Position numbers and translations under genes: made by a program. From NCBI GenBank assembly GCA_046313635.1, contig JBKBYA010000007.1, forward strand, positions 32,001-96,000: a stretch of 64,000 bases of DNA, written 5' to 3'. The first letter of the stretch is position 1, and every line of letters begins with the position of its first letter. Below, one piece after another: positions 22,242 to 32,338 of the stretch. The notes under the pieces are model-generated. The model was not told the origin of the DNA, ran no database searches, and worked only from the letters and a program-made list of their open reading frames with translations. This stretch comes from Pyrinomonadaceae bacterium (GTDB lineage: Bacteria > Acidobacteriota > Blastocatellia > Pyrinomonadales > Pyrinomonadaceae).

Positions 22242-22789
22242 AGTTTGCAACGGCGAGCTGCCTGATGTTCGTTGTGCTCGCGACGGCGGGCTTTACCGAG
22301 TGCTACAAGCCCGTCACGAGCTCGGGCCTGCCAAAGAATATCCGCACGATCGCCGTGCCTGCGTTTCAGGCCGAGCCTCGCGGCCTGCGCTATCGCGTGC
22401 AGTCGCGCTTTACCGACGCCGTCTCGCGAGAGATCATTCGCCGCGGCAACGGGCTCAAGGTGCAGGGCTCGCCCGAGGGGGCCGACGCGGTGATCGAGGG
22501 CACTATTCGCGACTTCAGCTTCTCGGGCGTGCTGCTCGATCGCGAAGGCCGGGCCCGCGTCTACGAGGTCAATATCGTCTCGGCCGTGACGGTCCGCGAC
22601 GCGCGCGACAACAAGATCCTTTACGACAATCAGAATCTCGTCTTTCGCGACTCGTTCGAGTTCTCGTCCGACCCGCGTTCTTTTTTTAACGAGGAGGACC
22701 CGGCGGTCGAGCGCATCGCCCGTGCATTTGCGGAGTCGGTCGTCTCGGCGATCGTCAACGGCACCGGCGTCCGAGACGAAAAGAAATAG
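22238..22789 (+). CDS. lptE: LptE-like LPS-assembly lipoprotein
   Basis: Signal peptide with Cys followed by Y..LPKNIRTIAVPAF, ADAVIEGTI; immediately upstream of holA as is usual for lptE. Confidence 0.7.
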   Translation: MKFATASCLMFVVLATAGFTECYKPVTSSGLPKNIRTIAVPAFQAEPRGLRYRVQSRFTDAVSREIIRRGNGLKVQGSPEGADAVIEGTIRDFSFSGVLLDREGRARVYEVNIVSAVTVRDARDNKILYDNQNLVFRDSFEFSSDPRSFFNEEDPAVERIARAFAESVVSAIVNGTGVRDEKK

Positions 22790-22818
22790 TCCGCCTTGCG
22801 AGCAGGCCTGGCCCGTTT

Positions 22819-23862
22819 ATGCCCGTCATCAAGCGACACGATCTGAGAAACCAGCTCAAACGGCGCGAGATCGCGCGCGTTTACACGCTCTTTGGGCCCG
22901 AGACGTACCTTCGCGATCTGGCCGCGAGGACGATCGCCGATCTGAGCTTTGGCGAGGGCGACCTGCGCGACTTTAACGAGACCGAATTCAGCCTGACGGT
23001 CGACGGCAATCTGCGCGCTGCCCTGGCCGCCGCCGAGCAGCTGCCGATGATGGCGTCGCGGCGGGTCGTTCGCTTGGCGGACGTACGCATCGCCGCGAGC
23101 GCAAACCGCGACACGCTCAAGGAGGACGACGAGGCGATACTCTCGCAGTACCTCGCCGACCCGTCGCCGACGGCCGTCGTCGTCTTTGTCGCAGATGAGC
23201 TCAACGGCGTGCGAAAGATGGGCAAGCTGCTCCGCGAGCGCTCGGTCGCGGTCGAATTTGACCGTCTGACCGACGAAGATCTGATGGCGTGGGCGCGCGA
23301 CGAGGTCAAAAAGCGCGGCGCGCATGCGGACGAGGCCGCGCTTCGGCACTTGATCGCGCTCGTCGGCCCCGACGTGCGTCGACTCACGATTGAGATCGGC
23401 AAGCTCTCGACGGCGGCGCTGCCTGACGGCGTCATCACATTCGAACTGGTCGACCGCCTCGTGCTCAACACTCGCGAGATCGACAACTTTCAGCTGAGCG
23501 AGCTGCTGCTCCGCGGCGACCGCGAGAGAGCTCTCCGCACATTGGCCAAGCAGCTCGACGACGGAGCCGAACCGGTCATGCTGGTCGGGATGCTGGCGTA
23601 TCACTTTCGCCGCCTGCTGATGGCCAAAGAGATGATGGACCACGGTCAGGATCGCGCCGAGGTCGCAAAGGTCCTGAAGATGCGCTACAGCGATCAAGAA
23701 CCATTTCTCGCCGCCGCGCGGCGCACCGACGCCCGGCGACTCAAACGCGCCGTGCGGCTGCTCGCCGACGCGGACATCGCTCTCAAGACCTCGCTCGGCG
23801 GCGGCCCGTCGGGCCCCCGCATGCAGATAGAGATGCTGGTCTGCCGTCTGCTCGTCACTTGA
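22819..23862 (+). CDS. holA: DNA polymerase III delta subunit
   Basis: VYTLFGPETYL, QLPMMASRRVV, EIGKL, DIALKTS. Confidence 0.9.
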   Translation: MPVIKRHDLRNQLKRREIARVYTLFGPETYLRDLAARTIADLSFGEGDLRDFNETEFSLTVDGNLRAALAAAEQLPMMASRRVVRLADVRIAASANRDTLKEDDEAILSQYLADPSPTAVVVFVADELNGVRKMGKLLRERSVAVEFDRLTDEDLMAWARDEVKKRGAHADEAALRHLIALVGPDVRRLTIEIGKLSTAALPDGVITFELVDRLVLNTREIDNFQLSELLLRGDRERALRTLAKQLDDGAEPVMLVGMLAYHFRRLLMAKEMMDHGQDRAEVAKVLKMRYSDQEPFLAAARRTDARRLKRAVRLLADADIALKTSLGGGPSGPRMQIEMLVCRLLVT

Positions 23863-24013
23863 TCCTGATCGGCGAAAAAAAAGATCGCAGGGGCAGCAAC
23901 CGTTGCTGACCGCGCTATGCCTCGCCCGGGAAAGGTCCAAACACACACACGGACGCTGTCTGCCCCTACGATCGCTGACGCGCCCCGCGGCGCGTCAATC
24001 TCGGCTCACCGCT

Positions 24014-24742
24014 CTAAATGGGCTGAAGTTCGGCGGCTCGGTTGAAATAGTGATACAGCTCGTTATAGTCGTTCAGGGCGCGATTAAGTATCAGCGGCAG
24101 CTGCCGTACGTCGCCGCTGTTGACGATCAGATTCAGATTTCGCAAAAACGCCTCGTGAGCATTCATCGTCGTACCGTTGTCCTCGATCGAGACGAGAAAT
24201 AAACGGCGTCGCTCCGACGAGTAGAGCGCGTTGGCCCGCTGCTGTATGATCGCGGCCCCGCCATACTCGGTCGCAAAGTCCGGCGAAAAAATTACGATCT
24301 CGGTCTTGCTGTCGCGCATGCGCTCGTTTGCCTGCGCCGGAGTGTCGGCGAGATAGACCTTGTAGCCCGCGTCGGTCAGCACCTTTGCAGCGGCGTCGCG
24401 GACGCTGCCGAGACACAGCAGCACGCGTCGCGGCTTGAGCGCGGCGTCGTCCGATCCGGCGTCGTTGACCGCGCCTTTTTGCAGAGCGGTGAGCAGCGTT
24501 CTGAGCGCGGCGTTTATCTGGAACTCGGATTCTCTTGCGGCAAAGCCTTCAGACCCCGGGGCGGCCGGCTCAGGCTTGTCCTGCTCGAGCTGCGCGACGG
24601 GAGACGTGCCCTGGCCGTCGGCGGACTTTGTCGCCCGCAGCATGTTCTGGCAGCGCGGGCAACGCACGGTAAAGCGCCCGGACGGCACTTTGGACTCGTC
24701 CAGCTGAAGCGAGACTGAACAGTTGTCGCAGCGGATGATCAT
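24014..24742 (-). CDS. MJ0042-type zinc-ribbon protein with degenerate receiver-like C-terminal domain
   Basis: CDNC ... VRCPRC zinc ribbon; downstream of pilT. Confidence 0.75.
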   Translation of the reverse strand: MIIRCDNCSVSLQLDESKVPSGRFTVRCPRCQNMLRATKSADGQGTSPVAQLEQDKPEPAAPGSEGFAARESEFQINAALRTLLTALQKGAVNDAGSDDAALKPRRVLLCLGSVRDAAAKVLTDAGYKVYLADTPAQANERMRDSKTEIVIFSPDFATEYGGAAIIQQRANALYSSERRRLFLVSIEDNGTTMNAHEAFLRNLNLIVNSGDVRQLPLILNRALNDYNELYHYFNRAAELQPI

Positions 24743-24744
24743 GA

Positions 24745-24846
24745 TGGTCGGTGGTCGGTGGTCAGTGGTCGGTGGTCAGTAGAGAGTTGTCGACGGTTAA
24801 CGGTCTTTATCTTTTCTGACCACTGACCACTGATCACTGATCACTG
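24745..24846. repeat. Heptamer tandem repeats in inverted arrangement (TGGTCRG x5 / CTGAYCA x4)
   Basis: tggtcgg tggtcgg tggtcag tggtcgg tggtcag ... ctgacca ctgacca ctgatca ctgatca. Confidence 0.85.
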
Positions 24847-26079
24847 CTACTCGATCATGTCGAGCACGGAGTGGGGATTGGCCGCGGTGGCGGTCGGAGC
24901 GACGGTCGGCACGTCGGCTGCCGGAGCGGCCTTGGCCGGCGGCCGGTTGCCGCCGTTCGCGGCATTCAAATAATCCTCGGTCGAGGACAGCCCCTTGAGC
25001 TGGAGCAAAAGATTGTTCTGGTTAGTGGCGTAGGAGAGGCCGTCCTCCATCGTGACGAGGCCCTCCTGGATAAAGCCGCGGATGACGGTGTCAAAATCCT
25101 GCATGCCGTCGAGCTCGCCGTCGCGGATCGCGTCGAGCAGCGTCTTGCCCTCGCTCTCGCCCTTTTCGATGTACTCGCGCGTACGCGGATTTGACTTGAG
25201 TATCTCGACCGCCGCGATGCGGCCCTTGCCGTCGGCCCGCGGCAGGAGGCGCTGCGAGACAATGTAGCGAAAAGACTGCGCAAGCCGTGTGCGGATGACG
25301 CGCTCTTCATTCTTCGGATAAAGGCCGATGATGCGGTCGATCGTCTTTGAAGCGTCGATGGTGTGGAGCGTCGAGAGCACGAGGTGACCGGTCTCGGCCG
25401 CCTCGAGCGCGATCTCGGTAGTCTCGAGGTCTCGCATCTCGCCGACGAGGATCACCTTCGGAGCCTGGCGAAGCGCGGCGCGCAGAGCCGACGCAAAGTC
25501 TTTGGTGTCGGCTCCGACCTCGCGCTGGTTGATGGTGCACTTTTTGTGACTGTGAAGAAACTCGATCGGGTCTTCGATCGTGACGATGTGGTAATACTTC
25601 GTCTCGTTGATGCGGTCGATGATGGCCGCGAGCGTCGAGCTCTTGCCTGAGCCGGTCGGGCCGGTCAGCAGGACGATCCCGTTTCGGAGCTCGGAGATCT
25701 GCGCGAGCTGCGGCGGCAGGCGCAGCGTCTCAAAACTCGGAATGTCGTGCGGGATCACGCGCATCACGATCGAGTACGAGTTTCGCTGCTGAAAGATGTT
25801 TACACGGAAGCGGCACTTGCCCGGGAGCGCGTAGCTCAGGTCTGCGGTCTTTAAAGTGGCGAGCTGGCGAGCGGCGTCCGGATGATCGCGCAGTATCGAC
25901 ATCGCGATCATCTCGGTCTGATACGCGCTCAGCTTGCCCATCCCCAGAGGCTGGACGGTGTGCAGCTTGCCGTTGATCTCGACCTGCGGCATCTGGCCGC
26001 ACGAAAAGTTGAGGTCGCTGACATTCTCAGAAACGTGCAGCATCTCTTCGATGATCGGGGCTACATCTAACAAACTCAT
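24847..26079 (-). CDS. pilT: PilT/PilU-family type IV pilus retraction ATPase
   Basis: RFRVNIF, GPTGSGKSST, TIEDPIE, QREVG, ALRQAPKVILVGEMRD, AETGHLVLSTLHT; start at ATG 26079. Confidence 0.92.
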   Translation of the reverse strand: MSLLDVAPIIEEMLHVSENVSDLNFSCGQMPQVEINGKLHTVQPLGMGKLSAYQTEMIAMSILRDHPDAARQLATLKTADLSYALPGKCRFRVNIFQQRNSYSIVMRVIPHDIPSFETLRLPPQLAQISELRNGIVLLTGPTGSGKSSTLAAIIDRINETKYYHIVTIEDPIEFLHSHKKCTINQREVGADTKDFASALRAALRQAPKVILVGEMRDLETTEIALEAAETGHLVLSTLHTIDASKTIDRIIGLYPKNEERVIRTRLAQSFRYIVSQRLLPRADGKGRIAAVEILKSNPRTREYIEKGESEGKTLLDAIRDGELDGMQDFDTVIRGFIQEGLVTMEDGLSYATNQNNLLLQLKGLSSTEDYLNAANGGNRPPAKAAPAADVPTVAPTATAANPHSVLDMIE

Positions 26080-26264
26080 TTTATTGAGAAGCTCCTGGAG
26101 GCTTTGGCGGCGGAGAATCCAAAAGGCGTCGGCCGGAATTGTTTGGAAGATCTGTACGAGTCGCGGCGGGCGACCGTCTCGGCGAGTCGAAACTATTATC
26201 ACCGATGCCGCTGCGCGATGGCAAGACAATTTTCGGACGCGGCCGCGACGCGTCCATTTGACCT

Positions 26265-27026
26265 TTAATTGAGCAAAAAGCTGACGGTCACGGTCGCCTC
26301 GACCTTGATCGCGCCGGGTGCGAATGTCGCGACGGACTGCGATTGCGACATAACGCCGCTCGAGACGGTGTTGGCTGTAATGTTGGCGTTGAGGCTGTAG
26401 TTCTGATTGCCGGCGGTGCTCTCCGTAACGCGAACGGCGCGGCCGATCGTCTGGTCGACGGCCGACGCCATCGCGCGGGCCTTTTCGCGGGCGGCCTTCA
26501 TCGCGAGGTCGCGGGCCTTGTCCTTGTTCTCGCGAAGCTTGGACGTCTCAAATTTGACGCTGCTCACCTCGGTGATGCCCGTCTTCAAGGCCTCGGCAAA
26601 GAACTCCTCGAATCTCGAGATGTCGGTCAAACGAACGATCACAGTCTTTGAGACCTCGTAGCCCTTGAAGACACGCGTGCCGATCTCGTCGCCGTCCTCG
26701 TCAAAGACGCGCTTCTTCGGGTCGCGGATCGACTCGTACTTCATCTCGACCGAGATGTAATCGGTCTTGACGTTGCGCGGCTCGACATTGAATCGACGCG
26801 CAAGCTCGAGCAGCTTTGCGACGGTCTCGTCATTTTGCCGCTTGGCGACCTGCAGGTCCTTGTCGAGCTTGGTGACGTCGATGTTAAAGACCACCTCGTC
26901 CGGCGCGACCATCACCTCGGCATTGCCGGTCACGGTGATCAGCGGCATCTTGTCGATATCGGTCTGCGCGAATGTAGCGGCCGAGAGACACAGCAGCAAT
27001 GCGAGAGAACAAAAGAGGCTTTTCAT
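26265..27026 (-). CDS. SIMPL (DUF541) periplasmic protein
   Basis: Signal peptide; ITVTGNAEVMVAPD, AMKAAREKARAMA, PGAIKVEATVTVSF. Confidence 0.85.
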   Translation of the reverse strand: MKSLFCSLALLLCLSAATFAQTDIDKMPLITVTGNAEVMVAPDEVVFNIDVTKLDKDLQVAKRQNDETVAKLLELARRFNVEPRNVKTDYISVEMKYESIRDPKKRVFDEDGDEIGTRVFKGYEVSKTVIVRLTDISRFEEFFAEALKTGITEVSSVKFETSKLRENKDKARDLAMKAAREKARAMASAVDQTIGRAVRVTESTAGNQNYSLNANITANTVSSGVMSQSQSVATFAPGAIKVEATVTVSFLLN

Positions 27027-27222
27027 ATTTTTTTCCGGGACTGTTCTTGCTGGCGGCAGCAAGCGGCCCGTGCGACATTCTAGCGAAAATCGTCGCACAG
27101 GCAATTTCACTCTATGGTTCGGCGACGAAGGGATTGGTTGCTTTGCGCGGGTACGTTCGAATTGTTCGGATCCCTCAATGCGGACGGGGGCGTCCGCATT
27201 CGGACGGCGGCCCGGGTTTGGT

Positions 27223-28545
27223 ATGCTGTCGAGCGTGAGAGTGAAAGTTTGGATGACGGCCGCTGCGGCATGTCTCTTTCTGTCGGCGTGTGTGGAGCAG
27301 GACGGCGATCGTAACGCTCCGGTGAAGCACGGGGACCACAGTATCGCAGCTGATAGCGCCGTGAGGGTCTCGGCCGAGGGGACGGACTCGGCGGAGCCGG
27401 CGGTCGCGGCGGCGGCCGACGGGAGATTTTATGTCGCGTGGGTGCAGCATGGCGGCGAGGGCGGCGATGCGGTTTATGTGCGCGGGTTTGGTGTTGCGGC
27501 TGACGGCGCGCTTTCGCCGGCGGGCGATGCGGTGCGGGTGAGTCCGTCGGGTTCCAAGGCCAAATCTTGGCGCGGCGATCCGCCGACTGTACTTGTCGAC
27601 GGCGCGGGCGCGATCTATGTCGGCTGGAATGCGGCGACGTCATCGCCGGACGGCCGCATGAAGGGCAACGACCTGATGCTCTCGGTCTCGCGCGACGGCG
27701 GCCTAACATTCGACGCTCCGGTAAAGATCAACGACGACACGCGGCCGGCCTCGCACGGAATGCACGCTCTCGCGCTCGGGCCAGGCGGTCGCGTCTTTGC
27801 CGCGTGGCTCGACGAGCGATATCTCGCGGCTGTCAGATCGCAGGCCGCGCCGGTGCAGCCGGAGGATCACGCCGACATGCAGATGTCGGACGAGGCCGCA
27901 GAGCCAAACGCCGAGCTCTACTTTGCCGTCTCGACCGACGGCGGCCGGAGCTTCGCGGCAAACCGGCGCATCGCTGCGGACGTCTGCCCGTGCTGCAGGG
28001 TCTCGCTCGCCGCAGCGGACCCTTCGGTCTTTGTCTCGTGGCGTCAGGTGCTGCCGGGCGAGTTTCGCCATATCGCCGTCGCTTCGTCGACCGACGGCGG
28101 GGCGAGCTTCGGCGCGCCGGTCATCGTCAGCGACGATAAATGGAAGCTTACCGCCTGCCCGGTCTCGGGCCCGTCGCTGCTGCTGAATGACGGAGCCCTC
28201 GAGATCGTCTGGTACGCGGGCGGCGAAGCGGGACCGAGAGGATTTTACTGGTCGCGCTCGCACGACGGCGGAGCGAGCTTTTCGGCGCCGAGCCTCGTCG
28301 CGGCTTCGGATGCCGGCGGCCAGGCCGCGCTGATGCCCGGCTTCGCCGTCTGGAGCTCGGACGGCCGCGTCTCGTCAGCCGCGCTCGACGACGGCCGCGT
28401 CACATCGACGGCAGTTCTCGCCGAGGGTACCGACCCGCAGGCCGCTCTCGCCGGCGGCAGTGTTGTCGGCGCCTTTACCCGCAGCGACGACAGCGGCCAA
28501 TCATCCGTGTGGCTCACAAGCTCGCGACGATCATCAGAGAAATGA
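27223..28545 (+). CDS. BNR/Asp-box beta-propeller lipoprotein
   Basis: Lipobox FLSAC; four SxDGGxxF Asp-boxes; VCPCCR and WKLTACPVSGP motifs; start uncertain. Confidence 0.75.
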   Translation: MLSSVRVKVWMTAAAACLFLSACVEQDGDRNAPVKHGDHSIAADSAVRVSAEGTDSAEPAVAAAADGRFYVAWVQHGGEGGDAVYVRGFGVAADGALSPAGDAVRVSPSGSKAKSWRGDPPTVLVDGAGAIYVGWNAATSSPDGRMKGNDLMLSVSRDGGLTFDAPVKINDDTRPASHGMHALALGPGGRVFAAWLDERYLAAVRSQAAPVQPEDHADMQMSDEAAEPNAELYFAVSTDGGRSFAANRRIAADVCPCCRVSLAAADPSVFVSWRQVLPGEFRHIAVASSTDGGASFGAPVIVSDDKWKLTACPVSGPSLLLNDGALEIVWYAGGEAGPRGFYWSRSHDGGASFSAPSLVAASDAGGQAALMPGFAVWSSDGRVSSAALDDGRVTSTAVLAEGTDPQAALAGGSVVGAFTRSDDSGQSSVWLTSSRRSSEK

Positions 28546-30728
28546 AGTTTGTACTCCTAATTGTCGTGCTGCTTGCGGCTCTGCACGCGGCCGCATCGGC
28601 GCAGAATGTGCTGCGTGCGACGGTCCGCAGCGAGCTGACTCGGGAGCCGATCGCCGGCGCCGCCGCAACGGCCAAAGAGGCCGGCATCACGGCGGCCGCC
28701 GATGCCGCGGGCCGCGTCGAGCTCGCGGGACTGCCGGACGGCGAAGCGACGATCGAATTCTTTTCGCCGGGCTTTGAAGTAAAAGAGATCAAGCTGACAT
28801 TCCCGCTCGCCGATCCGCGTCAGGCTGAGATGGAAATTCTGCTAAAGGTCACGAACGACGCCGGCGAGGTCACCGTGTCGACGACGCGCACCGGCCGCGA
28901 GATCGAGGCCGAGCCGACGCGCGTCGAGGCGATCGACGAAGAAGAGATCGACGAAAAGAGCTCGATGCGCTCGTCAAACGTCTCGATGATCCTCAACGAG
29001 AGCACGGGCATCAAGGTGCAGCAGACGAGCGCGACCGCCTACACGCAGAGCATCCGCATACAGGGCCTCGACGGCCGCTACACGCAGATCTTGAAGGACG
29101 GCTTCCCGGCCTACGGCGGATTCTCGGGCAGCCTAAGTCTGCTCGACATACTGCCGCTCGATCTGAAGCAGGTCGAGATAATCAAGGGGCCGGCCGCAAC
29201 CTATTACGGCGGCGGTGCGATCGCGGGCGTCGTCAACTTTATCAGCAAAGAGCCCGAGACCGGGCGGGCGACGACGTCGATGATATTTAACCAGACGTCG
29301 GCGCTCGGAACGGACCTGTCGGCGTTTCACACGCGAAGACTCGGACGCGTAGGCTACTCGGTGCTCGGCTCGCTCAACTTTCAAAAAGAGTACGACGTCG
29401 ACGACGACGATCTTACCGAGCTGCCGCGGACGAGATCTTTCGCCATCGACCCGCGACTGTTTCTCTATCCCGACGAGAAGACGCGCTTCTCGATCGGCAG
29501 CTCGACGACCGTCCAATCGCGGCGCGGCGGCGACATCTTTGTCATTCGCGGCCGAGGCGACGACCATCATCGCTACTTTGAGTACAACGACTCGCTGCGA
29601 AACGTGACGACCGTGCGATTCGATCGCGACCTCGCGCGGGGCCGACGCTTTGTCGCCAAGCAGAGCCTCGCCTTCTTTCGGCGCTCGATCGATGTGCCGG
29701 GCTATCGATTCGAGGGCGACCAGCTTGGCTCGTACACGGACGTGAGCTTTTTTCAGCCGGTCAAGCGGCACGCGCTGGTCTTAGGGTTCAACGCGGCGGT
29801 CGATCGCTTCAAAGACCGCTCGCCCGCGTCGAACGCTCTCGGGCGGCGCGACGAATCGAGAACTACATTCGGCGGCTACGTACAGGACACGTTTGACCTG
29901 ACGGGTAAGCTCGCTGTCGAGGCGGGATTTCGTCTCGACGCCGTCAGGGACTTTGGAGTCTTTGCCCTGCCGAGGGTCTCGCTGCTCTACCGCCTGAACG
30001 AAAAGCTGACGAGCCGTCTCGGCTTCGGTCTCGGCTACAAGGCGCCGACGATGTTTACCGAAGACGCCGAGACGCTGCTCTTCAGAAACGTCCTGCCTGT
30101 CGGCCGCGACGTCAAAGCCGAGCGCAGCCGCGGCGCGACATTCGACATCAATTACCGCGACCGTGTCGGCGAGGCGTTCGAATTCTCGATCAACCAGATG
30201 TTCTTTTACACGGAGATCACCGACCCGCTCGTGCTGGTGCGGCCCGACGGCGGCGCGTACCGACCGGCAACGGCGGCGAATTCGTCGGTCATCAGCCGCG
30301 GCATCGAGACGAATGTGCGGGCGTCGTACGACCTTTTCAAGCTTTTTGCGGGCTACACGTACACGTACGCCGAGGCCGGCTACCGCTCGCCGAATCAATT
30401 CCTGCCGCTTACGCCGAAGAGCCGGATCAACTCGGCGCTGCTCGCCGAGCGTGAGGACGATTTTAAAGCGGGCGTCGAGGCGTACTTTACGAGCAGCCAG
30501 TTTCTCGACGACGGCAGCCGCACGCCGAGCTACTGGGTCGTCGGACTGTTTGGCGAGAAGATATTCGGGAAGTTCAGTCTCTTTTTCAACGCCGAGAATG
30601 TTACAGATACGCGGCAGAGCCGGCTCGGCCGCGTCGTGACCGGGCCGCATCGAGAGCCGTCATTCGCGCAGATCTTTACGCATACTGAGGGCCGCGTCTT
30701 TAACGGCGGGATCAAGATCAGACTGTAA
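28542..30728 (+). CDS. TonB-dependent outer-membrane receptor
   Basis: Signal peptide, N-terminal carboxypeptidase-regulatory-like domain, plug IRIQGLDGRYTQILKDG..QVEIIKGP..GGAIAGVVNFI, beta-barrel C-terminus. Confidence 0.92.
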   Translation: MKFVLLIVVLLAALHAAASAQNVLRATVRSELTREPIAGAAATAKEAGITAAADAAGRVELAGLPDGEATIEFFSPGFEVKEIKLTFPLADPRQAEMEILLKVTNDAGEVTVSTTRTGREIEAEPTRVEAIDEEEIDEKSSMRSSNVSMILNESTGIKVQQTSATAYTQSIRIQGLDGRYTQILKDGFPAYGGFSGSLSLLDILPLDLKQVEIIKGPAATYYGGGAIAGVVNFISKEPETGRATTSMIFNQTSALGTDLSAFHTRRLGRVGYSVLGSLNFQKEYDVDDDDLTELPRTRSFAIDPRLFLYPDEKTRFSIGSSTTVQSRRGGDIFVIRGRGDDHHRYFEYNDSLRNVTTVRFDRDLARGRRFVAKQSLAFFRRSIDVPGYRFEGDQLGSYTDVSFFQPVKRHALVLGFNAAVDRFKDRSPASNALGRRDESRTTFGGYVQDTFDLTGKLAVEAGFRLDAVRDFGVFALPRVSLLYRLNEKLTSRLGFGLGYKAPTMFTEDAETLLFRNVLPVGRDVKAERSRGATFDINYRDRVGEAFEFSINQMFFYTEITDPLVLVRPDGGAYRPATAANSSVISRGIETNVRASYDLFKLFAGYTYTYAEAGYRSPNQFLPLTPKSRINSALLAEREDDFKAGVEAYFTSSQFLDDGSRTPSYWVVGLFGEKIFGKFSLFFNAENVTDTRQSRLGRVVTGPHREPSFAQIFTHTEGRVFNGGIKIRL

Positions 30729-30740
30729 CGCGAGAGGTCG

Positions 30741-31121
30741 TCAGCCGTCGGTGCGCGATCGGGCGATGAGTCTTGGGACGGCTTCTTCGATCAGGTCGAG
30801 GGCGTCGGGCTTGGTAAAGTACTCGGTCGCGCCGGCCTCGAATGCGATGAGCTTATCGGTCGGGCGGTCCATTCCGGAGAGAAAGATGATCGGCACGCGG
30901 CGGTCGACGGCGCGGATCCAGCGGCAGAGCTCGACGCCGCTCGTCTCGGGCATACGGTAATCCAGGATGTATGCGTCGTATGGGCGCTCGTCGGCCTTTT
31001 CCATTGCGGCGTCGGCGTCGCCGACGACGTCGACCTCGTAATTCGGACCGAGCCCTTTCAAAATGATCTCGATCGCACCTCGCGAATCGGGATCGTCATC
31101 GACACACAATATTCTTGGCAT
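30741..31121 (-). CDS. Single-domain response regulator
   Basis: ILCVDDD, ILDYRMP, SG, GATEYFTKP. Confidence 0.9.
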   Translation of the reverse strand: MPRILCVDDDPDSRGAIEIILKGLGPNYEVDVVGDADAAMEKADERPYDAYILDYRMPETSGVELCRWIRAVDRRVPIIFLSGMDRPTDKLIAFEAGATEYFTKPDALDLIEEAVPRLIARSRTDG

Positions 31122-31124
31122 AGA

Positions 31125-31778
31125 TCAAGTACAGAGTAACATTGCGGCCGCCGCGAGCGCCTTGTAATTGTCGGCGATCGAGCCCGCGCCCGAATAGAGG
31201 CGCCCGATCACGGCGGCCGAATCGGCGCCGGCGGCGATCACCTCGGCGACGTTTGTGCGGTCGATGCCGCCGATGGCGACGAGCGCGATCTCGGGGCCGA
31301 TGCTCGCGCGTACACGGGCGAGGCCTTCGAGACCGACGACCGGATCGGGATCTTCTTTGGTCGCTGTCGCAAAGATCGGCCCGATCGCGATGTAGTCGAC
31401 CGGCATCGCGGCGGCCGCGATCGCCTGCTCGACGTTGTGCGTCGAGCAGCCGATGACGGCCCCGGGACCGAGCAGCTCTCGCGCGGCCGCGGGCGGCAGG
31501 TCGTCCTGCCCGATATGCAGGCCGGCGGCCCCGGCCATCAAGGCGATGTCGGCCCGGTCGTTGACGATGACGGTCGTGCCGCTCTCGCGTGCGAGGGCCG
31601 CGACGCTGCGGCATTCGGCCAAGAATTCCGCGGGTGTCGAATGCTTGTCTCTGAGCTGAATTAGCCGCGCTCCGGCGCCGATGAGCTGTCTCGCCTGCTC
31701 GACATGCGAGAGGCCGGAGAGGCGGCGGTCTGTGATCGGGTAGATGCGCGGCAGATCGAAGGTGCGGGCTGAGGCCAT
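31125..31778 (-). CDS. thiE: Thiamine-phosphate synthase
   Basis: IQLRDK, IVNDRAD, HIGQDD, GCSTH, GPIFATATK, VAIGGI. Confidence 0.95.
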   Translation of the reverse strand: MASARTFDLPRIYPITDRRLSGLSHVEQARQLIGAGARLIQLRDKHSTPAEFLAECRSVAALARESGTTVIVNDRADIALMAGAAGLHIGQDDLPPAAARELLGPGAVIGCSTHNVEQAIAAAAMPVDYIAIGPIFATATKEDPDPVVGLEGLARVRASIGPEIALVAIGGIDRTNVAEVIAAGADSAAVIGRLYSGAGSIADNYKALAAAAMLLCT

Positions 31779-31780
31779 CG

Positions 31781-32329
31781 TTAGACGAGCGATTTGATCA
31801 TAAGGTAGCCGTCCTCGCCGTTGCCGTAATACTTCTCGATGCGCTGGACGATCGAGTAACCGGCGCGCTCGTACAGCTCCTGCGCGCCGCGGTTGCCGAC
31901 GCGGACCTCGAGCATCAGCGTACCGATGCCCTTGGCCTGCAGCATCCTTTCGACGTGCTTCAGCAGCTTGGTCGCGAGACCTCGGCGGCGATGCTCGGGC
32001 GCGACTCCGATCGTCGTCAGGTGGGCCGAGCCGCTGTCGAGATCGGTCATCACAAACGCGAAGGCGGCCATTTCGCCCGATTCGGTCCGCACCTGATAGC
32101 CGAGCGTGCGCGGCTCGTCGAGCAGGTAGTTAAAGGTCTGCCGCGAGTAGCTGTCGCCATTGGTAAAGCAGCGTTGGTTGAGAATGACGAGCTCCTTGAT
32201 ATTGCCGCCGTGAAGGCGAGCGAGCCCGTACGCGGTATCGGGCGGGGCCGGTGCGAGGACCTCGACGACCGGCTCGCGCCGCGCCGCCGCGGGCGAAAAG
32301 AGACTTCGGATCGTCTGCAAAAATGCCAT
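31781..32329 (-). CDS. GNAT acetyltransferase (RimI-like)
   Basis: IGVAPEHRRRGLA, LEVRVGN..AQELYERAGY, YYGNGEDG. Confidence 0.85.
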   Translation of the reverse strand: MAFLQTIRSLFSPAAARREPVVEVLAPAPPDTAYGLARLHGGNIKELVILNQRCFTNGDSYSRQTFNYLLDEPRTLGYQVRTESGEMAAFAFVMTDLDSGSAHLTTIGVAPEHRRRGLATKLLKHVERMLQAKGIGTLMLEVRVGNRGAQELYERAGYSIVQRIEKYYGNGEDGYLMIKSLV

Positions 32330-32338
32330 CCTTCCCGT

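Noticed and set aside
26767..27222. N-terminal extension of the 592-aa ORF
   Set aside because: It overlaps the SIMPL gene on the other strand; the lipoprotein signal begins only after about 27223.
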